A DNA stretch of 64,000 bases, taken from assembly GCA_001799615.1 (NCBI GenBank), contig MGTU01000023.1, positions 2,020 through 66,019 on the forward strand, read 5' to 3'. Shown here in pieces: positions 35,569 to 44,681 of the stretch. The notes beneath the pieces were generated by a model. The model had not been told where the DNA came from. It ran no database searches and saw only the letters and a program-made list of their open reading frames with translations. A program made the translations under genes and the position numbers. Every line of letters begins with the position of its first letter. Positions within the stretch are counted from its first letter, which is position 1. This DNA comes from Elusimicrobia bacterium GWA2_61_42 (GTDB taxonomy: Bacteria > Elusimicrobiota > Elusimicrobia > Elusimicrobiales > UBA9959).

Positions 35569-37647
35569 TTATTTTCCGCGGCCGCGGCCCCTGCCTTTGC
35601 CTCTTCCTTTGCCGCCGGCGTTGTCGCGCGCTACGCGGGCGAAGTTCAGCGGCGCGCCCTGGCGCTGCCCGGGTCTGCCGCCGGGCCTGCCGCCGGGTCT
35701 GCCGCCGGGCCTGCGGCCCTGGCCGCCGCGCGGCTGCTGCGCCTGCGTCACGCCCGCGGCGGGGGCGCCTTCCAGCGACAGGTCTATCTTGCCTTCCGCC
35801 GTGTCCACCGCAGCTATCATCACCTTTACCTTGGCGCCCGGCTTCAGGCCGTTCACGCGCAGCAGGCCTTCGGCGCCGGTGCTGCCCAGCATTATGAAGG
35901 CCCCGCTGTCGATAACGGTGGTAACCGCCCCGTCCATGATGGTGCCCACAAGTTCCTTGATCATTTCCGCGCGCATGATATCCACCGACTTGTGTTCGGC
36001 GTCTGCGGCCGCGCGTTCGCGTTCGGAACAGTGCACTCCCGCCTTGTCCAGCGGCAGCGCGGCGTGGTTCTCTTTCCTGCCGGCGAGGAACGCCTTAACG
36101 GCGCGGTGCGTCATCAGGTCCGGGTAGCGGCGTATGGGGGACGTGAAGTGCGAATAGAAGCGCGTGGCGATGCCGAAATGTCCCTGTGATTCCGGCGAAT
36201 AGACCGCCTGGCGCATGCTGCGCACCATCAGCGAGTTTATGATGTTGGTCAGCGGGTGATTCTCCGCCTGGCGCAGCACGTCCTGCAGCCCCTTCTGCGC
36301 GTTGGCGCCCTCTATGTGCCCCGCGGTCAGGCCCATTTCTCCCAGGGCGGCGGACAGCGCTTTCAGTTTCAGCGGGTCCGGCGAATCGTGGCGGCGGTGC
36401 AGGAAGGGTATCTTGGCTTCAAAGAGTTCGGTGGCCACAGCCTCGTTGGCCAGCAGCATGAACTCCTCGATCAGGCGGTGGCTTTTGAGCCGGGGCCGCA
36501 GGCTCACGCCCAGCGGCCGGCCGTGCGGGTCCGCGTTGATCTTGTATTCGGGCAGGTTGAAGTCCAGCGCGCCGCGGGCCACGCGCCGCTTATAGAGCAC
36601 GTCGGTAAGCGCGCTCATGCGCATGACGGCTTCTTCCACGGCTTTGGGCACGTCCGGCACTTTGCCGCCGTCTATGAGGGTCTGGATCTCCTCGTAGGTA
36701 AAGCGGCGCCAGGAGCGGATGACCGTTTCCGCCAGGCGCCTTTTGACCACCTTGCCGGCGGCGTTGATGTCCATGAACGCGGACATGGTCAGCCGCTCCT
36801 GGCGCGGGACCAGGCTGCAGAGATTGTCCGAAAGGGCCGGCGGCAGCATGGGTACCACCCGGTCGGGCAGGTAAACGCTGGTGGCGCGCTCGTAGGCTTC
36901 CTTGTCCAGCTCGGTGCCGGTCTTGACATAATGGCCCACGTCGGCGATGTGCACGCCCAGGCGCAGCAGTCCGCCGCCCAGGTCCTCCAGCGAGACGGCG
37001 TCGTCGAAATCCTTGGCGTCGGCCCCGTCGATGGTGCAGATGGGCAGATCGATCAGGCTTTCCCGGGCCTGCCACTGGGCCGGCTCGAGCCGGGCGCCGA
37101 AGCTTTCCGCCTGCGCTATCACTTCCGGCGGAAAGATCTCGTTGATGCCGCGCGATCTCAGGATGGAGTCTATGCGGGCGCGCATATCCGCCGGGTCGCC
37201 CAGTATCTCGGTGACCAGGCCCGAGGCGGGGTTGCCGCCTTCCGGCCAGCGCTTGACCTCCAGCACGGCGAAGGCCCCTTCCATCGGGGTTATTTTCTGG
37301 GCGAAGCCGCTGACCAGCGCCGGAGGGGCGCTGCCTTTTTCCGGGAACAGCGCCCAGGTGTCCTTAACTTTTTTCAGGATGCCCACCATGGAGCTGTGCG
37401 CCCGTTTTACGACGGCGATGATCTCGCCCGCCAGCCGGCCGCTTTTTTCAGGCCGCACGCGCGCCTGTACCCTGTCCCCGTCCATGGCCAGGTCCAGGCC
37501 GCGGCCGCGGATGAAGACGTCGCCCACGCCGGGCTTCTCGGAAAGCAGGAAGGCGAAGGTGCCTTTGTGCTGTATTACGCCTTCCACTATGGCCTCGTGG
37601 CCTCCGGAGGCGCCGCGGGTTTCGCGTTTTTTCCAATGTGATTTCAT
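35569..37647 (-). CDS. rnr: Ribonuclease R
   Basis: 692-aa ORF. Cold-shock-like N-terminus, RNB catalytic domain (TIDGADAKDFDDAVS, HFGIATRFYSHFTSPIRRYPD), S1 domain, and a basic Arg/Gly/Pro C-terminal tail. Confidence 0.9.
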   Translation of the reverse strand: MKSHWKKRETRGASGGHEAIVEGVIQHKGTFAFLLSEKPGVGDVFIRGRGLDLAMDGDRVQARVRPEKSGRLAGEIIAVVKRAHSSMVGILKKVKDTWALFPEKGSAPPALVSGFAQKITPMEGAFAVLEVKRWPEGGNPASGLVTEILGDPADMRARIDSILRSRGINEIFPPEVIAQAESFGARLEPAQWQARESLIDLPICTIDGADAKDFDDAVSLEDLGGGLLRLGVHIADVGHYVKTGTELDKEAYERATSVYLPDRVVPMLPPALSDNLCSLVPRQERLTMSAFMDINAAGKVVKRRLAETVIRSWRRFTYEEIQTLIDGGKVPDVPKAVEEAVMRMSALTDVLYKRRVARGALDFNLPEYKINADPHGRPLGVSLRPRLKSHRLIEEFMLLANEAVATELFEAKIPFLHRRHDSPDPLKLKALSAALGEMGLTAGHIEGANAQKGLQDVLRQAENHPLTNIINSLMVRSMRQAVYSPESQGHFGIATRFYSHFTSPIRRYPDLMTHRAVKAFLAGRKENHAALPLDKAGVHCSERERAAADAEHKSVDIMRAEMIKELVGTIMDGAVTTVIDSGAFIMLGSTGAEGLLRVNGLKPGAKVKVMIAAVDTAEGKIDLSLEGAPAAGVTQAQQPRGGQGRRPGGRPGGRPGGRPGQRQGAPLNFARVARDNAGGKGRGKGRGRGRGK

Positions 37648-37654
37648 TTTTTCC

Positions 37655-38137
37655 TTAATTCGTCAGTTTTTCGATCAATTCTTTCGCCCGGGGAAATTCT
37701 CCTGCGAGCTCGGCCCGGACGCCCAGCTCGAAGTCCGCGAAGTCGAAGCCCGGGGCTACCGTGCAGCCGACCAGCGAAAATTCGGCGCCCGGGGCCGGGT
37801 AGGCCCCGAACCAGCAGCCCGCGGGCACCGCGTGCTGGAACTTCTGCCCGGCGCCTTGGTCCGGGCCGAGCACGGTCTCTTCCGTGCCGCCGTTCGGCAG
37901 CAGCCTGGCCACAATCAGCGGGCCGCCCGCGTAAAAGTGCCAGACTTCGTCCGACTTGATGCGGTGCAGGCGCGACACCTGTCCGGCCTTGAGGAGGAAG
38001 TAGACCGCCGTGGAGAAATTCCGTTCTCCCGCCGGGGTAGCCGTTTTTCCGGCAGCCCTGTAGCTTTCGCGGAAATAGCCGCCTTCGGGGTGCTCTTGCA
38101 GGCCGTAGGTCCGGATAAGTTCGTCGGCGGCCGTCAC
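37655..38137 (-). CDS. Cupin-fold protein (DUF985 type)
   Basis: 160-aa ORF. LQEHPEGGYFRESYR motif typical of DUF985 cupins. GTG start overlapping the upstream stop (GTGA). Confidence 0.75.
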   Translation of the reverse strand: MTAADELIRTYGLQEHPEGGYFRESYRAAGKTATPAGERNFSTAVYFLLKAGQVSRLHRIKSDEVWHFYAGGPLIVARLLPNGGTEETVLGPDQGAGQKFQHAVPAGCWFGAYPAPGAEFSLVGCTVAPGFDFADFELGVRAELAGEFPRAKELIEKLTN

Positions 38138-38847
38138 CTCAGGGTTTCCTCGCCGTTTATCTTCAGGCTGGTAAGCCTGGCATAAGCGCCTTCCGGGTCG
38201 CCCCCGGCGAAGCCGCCTATGAAAAATTTCTGCGACGGGACGTTGGCCACGGCCCGCGCGTCCAGCCTGAACACGGGGAGGAACTTTTTCCGGTTCAGCG
38301 AGTAGAACACCGAAAAGAAATTACCGGCGCGCTGGAAGCGCAGCACCCTGGTCTTGACGGGCAGGCTGAAGGGTTTGCCGCCGGGCAGGTAGAAAACCAG
38401 CAGCGCGTCGTCCTGCGGCCTCGGGCCGTTCTGGCGCTGGGCCATCACTTTCAGCACGGCCGAAGCGTTGCCTATGGACGGCCGGGAGGAGTCGCCTCCC
38501 TCCCAGATGCCGTAGGAGAACCGTTTGACCTGGCCGGGAGGGATCTTGAAATCGGCTTCCAGATCCAGGGTCCAGTTGGCGCCCAGCAGTTCGCGCGAAA
38601 GGATAAGCCCGGGCGAATAGCCGTCCGAGGCCATGTCGCGGGTGTCGTCCTGGCGTTCGGTGAGGCGGTAGTAAACCCCGTCGGGGGCGACTTCGTGCGA
38701 GCCGTAAGCGTCGTTCCAGCCCGTCCAGGTTTCCCAGTCGTCCATGGCGTAGGCGCCCTTCTTGAACATGGCCGGGCTGATGCAGCCGGCCGCCAGCGCC
38801 GCCGCCAGCGCCAGCGCGGCCAATGATCCGGTTTTAACTCTCTTCAT
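38134..38847 (-). CDS. Hypothetical lipoprotein (beta-rich, jelly-roll-like)
   Basis: 237-aa ORF. Lipobox LAAGC. Beta-strand-rich mature part. 4-nt overlaps with both neighbours. Confidence 0.65.
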   Translation of the reverse strand: MKRVKTGSLAALALAAALAAGCISPAMFKKGAYAMDDWETWTGWNDAYGSHEVAPDGVYYRLTERQDDTRDMASDGYSPGLILSRELLGANWTLDLEADFKIPPGQVKRFSYGIWEGGDSSRPSIGNASAVLKVMAQRQNGPRPQDDALLVFYLPGGKPFSLPVKTRVLRFQRAGNFFSVFYSLNRKKFLPVFRLDARAVANVPSQKFFIGGFAGGDPEGAYARLTSLKINGEETLR

Positions 38848-39299
38848 ACCGTAGCCTGCTTCCCTTTACTGTCCAGCCAGATAGTGACCGGACCGTCGTT
38901 GATAATTTCCACTTCCATATCCGCCGCGAAGATCCCGGTCCGCACCGGCGCGCCCTTTTCGCGCAGGGCCTTTACGAAATAGTTGTAGAGCCCGGCGGCC
39001 TCGGCCGGCTTTGCCGCGCCGGAAAAATCTGGCCTGCGGCCTTTTGAGGCGTCCGCGTAAAGGGTGAACTGCGAGATCACCAGCGCCTCGCCGCCCGTCT
39101 CCAGCAGCGAATGGTCGAATTTCCCCGCCGCGTTCGAGAATATCCTGAGATTGGCGGTTTTCTCCGCCAGGTAGTCCGCGTCGGCCGCGGTGTCGCCTTC
39201 CCCCACCCCCAGCAGTACCACCAGGCCGGCCCCTATGGAATCGTGCGCTTCGGCCGTTCTTACGCCGCCGCGTTTTACCCGTTGTATGAGCGCCCGCAT
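38844..39299 (-). CDS. dtd: D-aminoacyl-tRNA deacylase
   Basis: Start set at ATG 39299 (MRALIQRVKRGGV..); the track ORF has a 124-codon upstream extension across the promoter region. SQFTLYAD and other Dtd-typical blocks. Confidence 0.9.
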   Translation of the reverse strand: MRALIQRVKRGGVRTAEAHDSIGAGLVVLLGVGEGDTAADADYLAEKTANLRIFSNAAGKFDHSLLETGGEALVISQFTLYADASKGRRPDFSGAAKPAEAAGLYNYFVKALREKGAPVRTGIFAADMEVEIINDGPVTIWLDSKGKQATV

Positions 39300-39334
39300 A
39301 ATACCATTATAATTAATTTGCCGCCTGCCGCCTA

Positions 39335-39363
39335 TTGAATATAAAACTGGCCGGTTGTATAAT
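39335..39363 (+). promoter_or_regulatory. Putative sigma70-type promoter of the RAM-domain gene
   Basis: TTGAAT (39335-39340), 17 nt, TATAAT (39358-39363). AAGGA RBS before ATG 39418. Confidence 0.5.
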
Positions 39364-39417
39364 ACACTATAGACAAGCGCGGGCCGGTTCCCCGGCCGCG
39401 CCAAAAAGGATATTAAT

Positions 39418-39651
39418 ATGGTTACTGGATTAGTGCTTGTAAAGCTGATGCCCGGCAAGGAAAAGCAGACCCTGAACAAGCTTAAGGCCCTCAAGAGCGT
39501 CGTCCATATGTCGGCGGTGTTCGGGCGCTGGGACCTGGTGCTGGACATGGAGACGGACGATCTGCCCACCCTCTCCAACATCGTGGTGCAGGAGATACGC
39601 TGCATACCAGGCGTACTCACCACCGAAACTCTTGTAACCACGTCGCTGTAG
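39418..39651 (+). CDS. Stand-alone Lrp/AsnC ligand-binding (RAM) domain protein
   Basis: 77-aa ORF. Beta-alpha-beta-beta-alpha-beta pattern (LVLVKLMPGKEKQTLNKLKALKSVVHMSAVFGRWDLVLDME..) typical of the AsnC_trans_reg domain. No HTH. Confidence 0.7.
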   Translation: MVTGLVLVKLMPGKEKQTLNKLKALKSVVHMSAVFGRWDLVLDMETDDLPTLSNIVVQEIRCIPGVLTTETLVTTSL

Positions 39652-39688
39652 CTTCGCGGCGCAAGCCGCAAGTTCCGCCCGTCTCCTT

Positions 39689-40219
39689 ATGCGTACAATG
39701 ATCGCCTGCGCCCTTTTCGCGTTCGCGGCGGCCGTGCCGGCCGCGGCGCAGGTCTATCTCGGCGCCGAGGTCGGCCCCGACGCTTTCGCCCGGCAGGACG
39801 ACGCCAAAATCGATACTTCGGGGGAGGACGCCTTTGCCTGGGCCCTCAGCGTGGAAGTCAGCAGCCAGACGCTTTACGAAGTGTTCGGCTCTACCACCCC
39901 GGAGCGGGAGATCCTCAAATACCTGCGCCAGGGGATATACCGCCAGGAGCTGGCCGCCCTGCTGCTGATGTCCGAAAAAACTTCGATCCCGTTTAAAACG
40001 CTGGCGGCGGAGCTGCCCAAAGCCGGGAGTTTCCGCGCCCTGGCCCGCAAACACAAGGCCGACGCCATGGCCCTTTTCGAGGAAGGCGGGCGGCTTAAGG
40101 AAGCGGCGGATTTCAGGCTGCCGCTTTTCCTGCCGGTCTCGACCTCCGCCGTCAAGGCCGACGAGGCCGCGGTTTCAACCTCCCCCCCTCCTGGGCCCGC
40201 CGCAAATGCCGAAAAATAA
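39689..40219 (+). CDS. Hypothetical secreted protein
   Basis: 176-aa ORF. Signal peptide MRTMIACALFAFAAAVPAAAQ. No motif recognised. Overlaps the next gene by 14 nt. Confidence 0.55.
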   Translation: MRTMIACALFAFAAAVPAAAQVYLGAEVGPDAFARQDDAKIDTSGEDAFAWALSVEVSSQTLYEVFGSTTPEREILKYLRQGIYRQELAALLLMSEKTSIPFKTLAAELPKAGSFRALARKHKADAMALFEEGGRLKEAADFRLPLFLPVSTSAVKADEAAVSTSPPPGPAANAEK

Positions 40220-40703
40220 ATTACTGGCCGCCGTCTTTCTGCTGGTCCTGGCCGTCCAGGCCGGGGCGCTGCGCGTGCCTCCCGGCGCGCGCGAGGCCGT
40301 GCTGGCCCTGCCGGACGGCGCCGCCGTGCGGGTGGAGCTCGCGCTTACGCCCGAGGCCCAGGCCAAAGGGCTGATGTTCCGCTCCGAGCTGCCCCGGGGC
40401 CGCGGGATGCTTTTTGTCTTCAGGGACGGCGGGCTGAAATCTTTCTGGATGAAGAACACCCTGATAGACCTGGACATGGTTTTTCTCGACGCGGACCTGA
40501 AGGTGCTCAGGGTGTTCCACAAAGTACCGCGCTCCGCCCCAAACCAGCCCGAAGGCGAAGTGGCGCGCGCGGCCGCGCCCGCCAGCCTCGTGCTGGAATT
40601 GCCGGCCGGCTGCGCCCGGGCCCACCGCGTGCGGCCCGGCGCCGTGCTGCGTATCTCTTTCCCGGCCGCCCCGGCCGGACAAAAAAAGAACGGCGGGGTC
40701 TGA
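40206..40703 (+). CDS. DUF192 domain protein
   Basis: 165-aa ORF. Signal peptide, then GLMFRSELPRGRGMLFVF..FWMKNTLIDLDMVFLD, characteristic of DUF192. Confidence 0.8.
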   Translation: MPKNKLLAAVFLLVLAVQAGALRVPPGAREAVLALPDGAAVRVELALTPEAQAKGLMFRSELPRGRGMLFVFRDGGLKSFWMKNTLIDLDMVFLDADLKVLRVFHKVPRSAPNQPEGEVARAAAPASLVLELPAGCARAHRVRPGAVLRISFPAAPAGQKKNGGV

Positions 40704-40711
40704 CCCCGCCG
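40681..40711 (-). terminator. Putative intrinsic terminator after 40732-42399
   Basis: Palindrome CGGCGGGGTC-t-GACCCCGCCG (40691-40711), followed on the minus strand by TTCTTTTTTT. Overlaps the 3' end of the plus-strand DUF192 gene. Confidence 0.5.
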
Positions 40712-40731
40712 CCCTTCGCCCCGCTTCGGGG

Positions 40732-42399
40732 TTACCTGAAATAATAGTAGTGCTGCAGGCGCGTCAGCCCGGCCGCCGGGAACGGCGCGCAGCTGAGCCC
40801 GGTTACGGGAACGCCCAGCACCGCCTCCTGCCTGTGGTAATACTCGTCGTTGGAGGCCAGCACCGTCAATTCCCCGTTCGGGTTGGCTTCCACCGGCGAG
40901 TCCATCAGCAGCGGCGGGAAATGGGGCCGCGGGCTGTAGACCTTCGCGCCGGTGTCGGAATTGAGGGCCAGGTATTGCCCGTAGTAGGAGCTGGAGAATT
41001 TTTTATTGACGGCTTCGGTCGGGCTGAAGGTGACCGTCAGGGTGCAGGACTGGCCGGCCGGCAGGTTGGAGCCGGTGCAGGCGTCCCCTGTCACCCTGAA
41101 CGAGGCCGGCAGTTTCGCGGCGTCCAGCTTTACGGCGTACCAGTCCGAGCTGCCGGTATTGGTAACGCGCAGCACCTCGCTCATGCTGTAGCCTTCCGGC
41201 ACCATGCCGAAATCTATTTTATTCCCCCTGCCGTAGTTCGTCCCGCCCCAGTGGCTGTTCCACCAGGAGGTCCACGGCGAATATTTGGAGTTGCCCTTCA
41301 CTTCCATGTAGGACTGGTAGTAGAAAGCTCCCTCGTCGTTGCTGGGCACCTCGAAAACGGTGACGTATTCCTTGGCGGCGCGGGGAGAGAAGCGCAGGTT
41401 GAACGTGCAGCTTTTGCCCGGGGCCAGCGTCGCCGAGGCGCACTTGTTGTTCTCCAGGTAGAAGGGGGTGTCGTCGTCTATGTTCGCTATGCCGCCCAGG
41501 ACCAGCGGGGCGTCCCCGATGTTCATCACTATGATCTGCCTGGCGGCCGTCTCGTAAGTGTACAGGTTGCCGAAATCAATGGTGCGGGGCCAGACGTACG
41601 CCACAGGCGCCGGGGGCGGCTTTTGTTCCGTAGTGGCCTGCTTTATGGAGGCCGCGGCGGGAGGCGAGGATTCCGCGCGGTGGGAGCCGTAGGCTTCGGA
41701 GTTGAGGCCCGTTCCGCCGCCGCCGTTGCCGCCGCCGCCGCGGGCGGCGGAGCCTCCTCCGCTGGCAGAGCTTTCAGCCGCGCGGTTAGCCTCCTGCTGC
41801 TGGCGCGCCGCCGACCCGCCGTGCACGGCCGGGGCCGCCCCGGCTCCTGAAAAGCCGGAGGCGAAAGAAGGCGCCGCGCCGGCCACCAGCTGTTTGTCGC
41901 CGGCGGCGGACTGCAGCCGCGGCAGAGCCTGCCCGCTTCCCGCCGCCGCCTGCGGCTGGCCGGGGCGGGCTACAGGGTTAACGATGGTCCTGTTCCCGGA
42001 AGAAAACCTTTCCCCTGCCCCCGGGGCCTCGGGCGCCGAGTCGTATTTTATGGCGTGGTGCACCTGCCGCATGAATTCCTGCAGCTCCCTTTTATTTTTC
42101 GGTTTAAAAGCGCTGCGGACCCTGGGCGCGGCTTTGGCCGTTTCCGAAGCGTAGTCCTGGTTGGCTTTGCGGAACATCTCTATGGAGGAGCCGCCCTGGG
42201 AGGCACCCCGGGCCATCGGGTCGGTTCCCGGGGCGTAGTTGGGGCCGGAGCTGAATTTGACGTCCGCGGAGGAGGCGGAAACGGGGGTTTCCCGCGGGGA
42301 GCCCCCCACGAAGTAGCTGATGCCCACAGAGAAGGCGGCCGTCACCACGACCAGCGGCACCGCCGCCGCTTTCCAGGTTAAAGGGTTCCTGCCGTCCAT
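40732..42399 (-). CDS. Membrane-anchored protein with Ala/Gly/Ser/Pro-rich linker and two choice-of-anchor-D/ASH-like Ig domains
   Basis: 555-aa ORF. N-terminal TM (AAAVPLVVVTAAFSVGISYFV), about 230-aa low-complexity region, then IDFGNLY..VMNIGDAPLVLGGI..CASATLAPGKSCTFNLRFSP and a second C..L..G.SC.L.V.F.P module. Confidence 0.65.
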   Translation of the reverse strand: MDGRNPLTWKAAAVPLVVVTAAFSVGISYFVGGSPRETPVSASSADVKFSSGPNYAPGTDPMARGASQGGSSIEMFRKANQDYASETAKAAPRVRSAFKPKNKRELQEFMRQVHHAIKYDSAPEAPGAGERFSSGNRTIVNPVARPGQPQAAAGSGQALPRLQSAAGDKQLVAGAAPSFASGFSGAGAAPAVHGGSAARQQQEANRAAESSASGGGSAARGGGGNGGGGTGLNSEAYGSHRAESSPPAAASIKQATTEQKPPPAPVAYVWPRTIDFGNLYTYETAARQIIVMNIGDAPLVLGGIANIDDDTPFYLENNKCASATLAPGKSCTFNLRFSPRAAKEYVTVFEVPSNDEGAFYYQSYMEVKGNSKYSPWTSWWNSHWGGTNYGRGNKIDFGMVPEGYSMSEVLRVTNTGSSDWYAVKLDAAKLPASFRVTGDACTGSNLPAGQSCTLTVTFSPTEAVNKKFSSSYYGQYLALNSDTGAKVYSPRPHFPPLLMDSPVEANPNGELTVLASNDEYYHRQEAVLGVPVTGLSCAPFPAAGLTRLQHYYYFR

Positions 42400-42515
42400 A
42401 GAGCCTCCAGAGGATCCGCGGGTCTGCCGCTCATTTAAGTATACACCACGGATTCCCGGGTTTCAAGGCTTGCGCCGCTAAGCGGTGCGGGCCCCGTCTT
42501 TTTATTGTAAAATAA

Positions 42516-42830
42516 ATGCGCATGGGAATCTGGGATAACGCCTTTAAATTACCTGTTCAGCCGGAAGTCACGGCGGCGGAAAAAAAACTCCTGGACGCGC
42601 TGGCGGAGAAAGTGGTCAGGCGCAAAATGGGAGACATGGCCGCCATGGCCCTTGAGAGCACCCGGCCCATTCATAACCTGGGCGCCCAGAGCATAGTTTT
42701 TTTAAGCCCGATGCTCAGCATGGTTTTAAAGAAAGAAGAAGTTGACCGGTACGCCAAGATCCTGGAGAACTCCAAAGCGGTGAGTTACCTGATCGAGCGG
42801 CTGGAAGCGGACCCCGGGAAGAAAACCTGA
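42516..42830 (+). CDS. Hypothetical small protein (first gene of the plus-strand island)
   Basis: 104-aa ORF with helical mixed-charge composition and no motif recognised. A TAAAAT box at 42508-42513 lies 8 nt before the second ATG (42522), which may be the true, leaderless start. Confidence 0.55.
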   Translation: MRMGIWDNAFKLPVQPEVTAAEKKLLDALAEKVVRRKMGDMAAMALESTRPIHNLGAQSIVFLSPMLSMVLKKEEVDRYAKILENSKAVSYLIERLEADPGKKT

Positions 42831-42850
42831 CGATATCCAAGGAGAGCCAA

Positions 42851-44644
42851 ATGTCCAAGAAAGACCTTGAAATCATAATCGCGACAGACTGCGGCAGCAC
42901 CACCACCAAGGCCATACTGATAGAGAAGAAAGGCGATACCTACCGCCAGACTTTCCGCGGCGAGGCCCCTACCACCGTAGAGGCCCCCTTCGAGGACGTT
43001 ACCAAGGGCGTGCTCAACTCGATCACCGAGGTAGAGGAACTTTCCGGCCGCAAGATCCTCGACGGCGAAAGGATCATCACCCCGAATTCCGGCAACACCG
43101 GCGCCGATATTTACGTATCCACCTCCTCGGCCGGCGGCGGCCTGCAGATGATGGTGGCCGGTGCCGTGAAGGCCATGACCGGCGAATCCGCGCAGCGCTG
43201 CGCGCTGGGCGCCGGCGCCATCGTGATGGACGTGCTGGCCTCCAACGACGGCCGCGCCGACCACGAAAAGATAGAGCGCATCCGCCAGCTGCGCCCCGAC
43301 ATGATGCTGCTCTCAGGCGGCACGGACGGCGGCACCATCACCCACGTGGTGGAACTCGCGCAGTTCCTGAAGGCCGCGGACCCCAAGCCGCGCCTGGGCG
43401 CTTCCTACAAGCTGCCGGTGATCTACGCCGGCAACAACAAAGCTCACGCGCAGATAACGGAAATACTCGGCGCCAATACCGCCCTGATCATCACCGAGAA
43501 CCTGCGGCCCACGCTGGAGAAAGAGAACCTGATGCCGGCCCGCCACAAGATCCACGATATTTTCCTGGAGCACGTGATGCAGCAGGCCCCGGGCTACCCG
43601 CGCCTGATGAAGATGGTGGGCGCCCCCATCATGCCCACCCCGGCCGCCGTAGGCACGATGACCGAGAAGTTCGCCAAGGCCAATAACTTCAACGTGCTGG
43701 CCGTGGATATCGGCGGCGCCACCACCGACGTCTTTTCGGTGTTCTCCGGAGTTTTCAACCGCACCGTCAGCGCCAACCTGGGGATGAGCTACTCCATCTC
43801 CAACGTGATGGCGGAGGCCGGCCTGGCGAACATCCTGCGCTGGCTGCCTTTCGACATGGACGAGCAGGACCTCAGGAACCGCCTGAAGAACAAGATGATC
43901 CGCCCCACCACCATCCCGCAGACGGTGGAAGACCTGCAGATAGAGCACGCGGTGGCCCGCGAAGCGCTGCGCCTGGCTTTCGACCAGCACAAGGCGCTGG
44001 CCGTCGGCCTGAAAGGCGTGCAGCAGGAGCGCTCGATCTCCGACGCTTTCGACCAGACTTCCTCCGGGCAGAGCCTCATCAACGTGATGAAGCTCGACTA
44101 CGTGATAGGTTCGGGCGGCATCCTCGCGCATTCCCCCCGCCGCACGCAGTCCATGCTGATGATGATAGACGCCTACCAGCCCGAGGGCATCACCCGCATG
44201 GCCGTGGACTCCATCTTCATGATGCCGCACCTGGGCGTGCTGGCCCAGATCAGCGAGAAGGCCGCCCTGGACGTGTTCTACCACGACTGCCTGGTACGGC
44301 TGGGCACCTGCCTCGCCCCCAAGGGCCTGGCCAAGGAAGGCCAGCTTATTATGGAGTGGGAAGTGACCGGCTCCGACGGCAGCAGGCAGGCCGGGGAACT
44401 CCGCTTCGGGGACATCCTCCACGTGCCGTTCGCCGCGCCCAAGGCCAGGCTTGTGGCCAAGCCCGCCAAGGGCTTTGACATGGGCGCCGGCCCCGGCAAC
44501 CGGGCGGAAGCCGACATCGAGGGCGGCGTAGTGGGCCTGGTGCTGGACGGCCGCGGCCGCCCCTTCAACCTGGCCAAGGACCCGACCAAGCGCCGCGACG
44601 ACCTGAACAAATGGTACAAGGCGATGGAGATGTACCCGGTGTAG
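42851..44644 (+). CDS. GlmL/MutL-type (EutA-like) double-ASKHA ATPase-fold protein
   Basis: 597-aa ORF with AAGGAG RBS. Actin-fold signatures ATDCGSTTTKAILIEK, LAVDIGGATTDVFSV and VIGSGGILAHS. The pattern matches glutamate-mutase accessory GlmL / reactivase-type proteins. Confidence 0.7.
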   Translation: MSKKDLEIIIATDCGSTTTKAILIEKKGDTYRQTFRGEAPTTVEAPFEDVTKGVLNSITEVEELSGRKILDGERIITPNSGNTGADIYVSTSSAGGGLQMMVAGAVKAMTGESAQRCALGAGAIVMDVLASNDGRADHEKIERIRQLRPDMMLLSGGTDGGTITHVVELAQFLKAADPKPRLGASYKLPVIYAGNNKAHAQITEILGANTALIITENLRPTLEKENLMPARHKIHDIFLEHVMQQAPGYPRLMKMVGAPIMPTPAAVGTMTEKFAKANNFNVLAVDIGGATTDVFSVFSGVFNRTVSANLGMSYSISNVMAEAGLANILRWLPFDMDEQDLRNRLKNKMIRPTTIPQTVEDLQIEHAVAREALRLAFDQHKALAVGLKGVQQERSISDAFDQTSSGQSLINVMKLDYVIGSGGILAHSPRRTQSMLMMIDAYQPEGITRMAVDSIFMMPHLGVLAQISEKAALDVFYHDCLVRLGTCLAPKGLAKEGQLIMEWEVTGSDGSRQAGELRFGDILHVPFAAPKARLVAKPAKGFDMGAGPGNRAEADIEGGVVGLVLDGRGRPFNLAKDPTKRRDDLNKWYKAMEMYPV

Positions 44645-44681
44645 TGACTGCTCGATAATATTTTTTGGAGGACATAAAATT

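Noticed and set aside
42851-44644. Calling the ASKHA protein a genuine glutamate mutase component (GlmL) or EutA.
   Set aside because: No glmS/glmE, eut or pdu genes, or other B12-enzyme genes, are nearby. Only the family-level fold assignment is supported.
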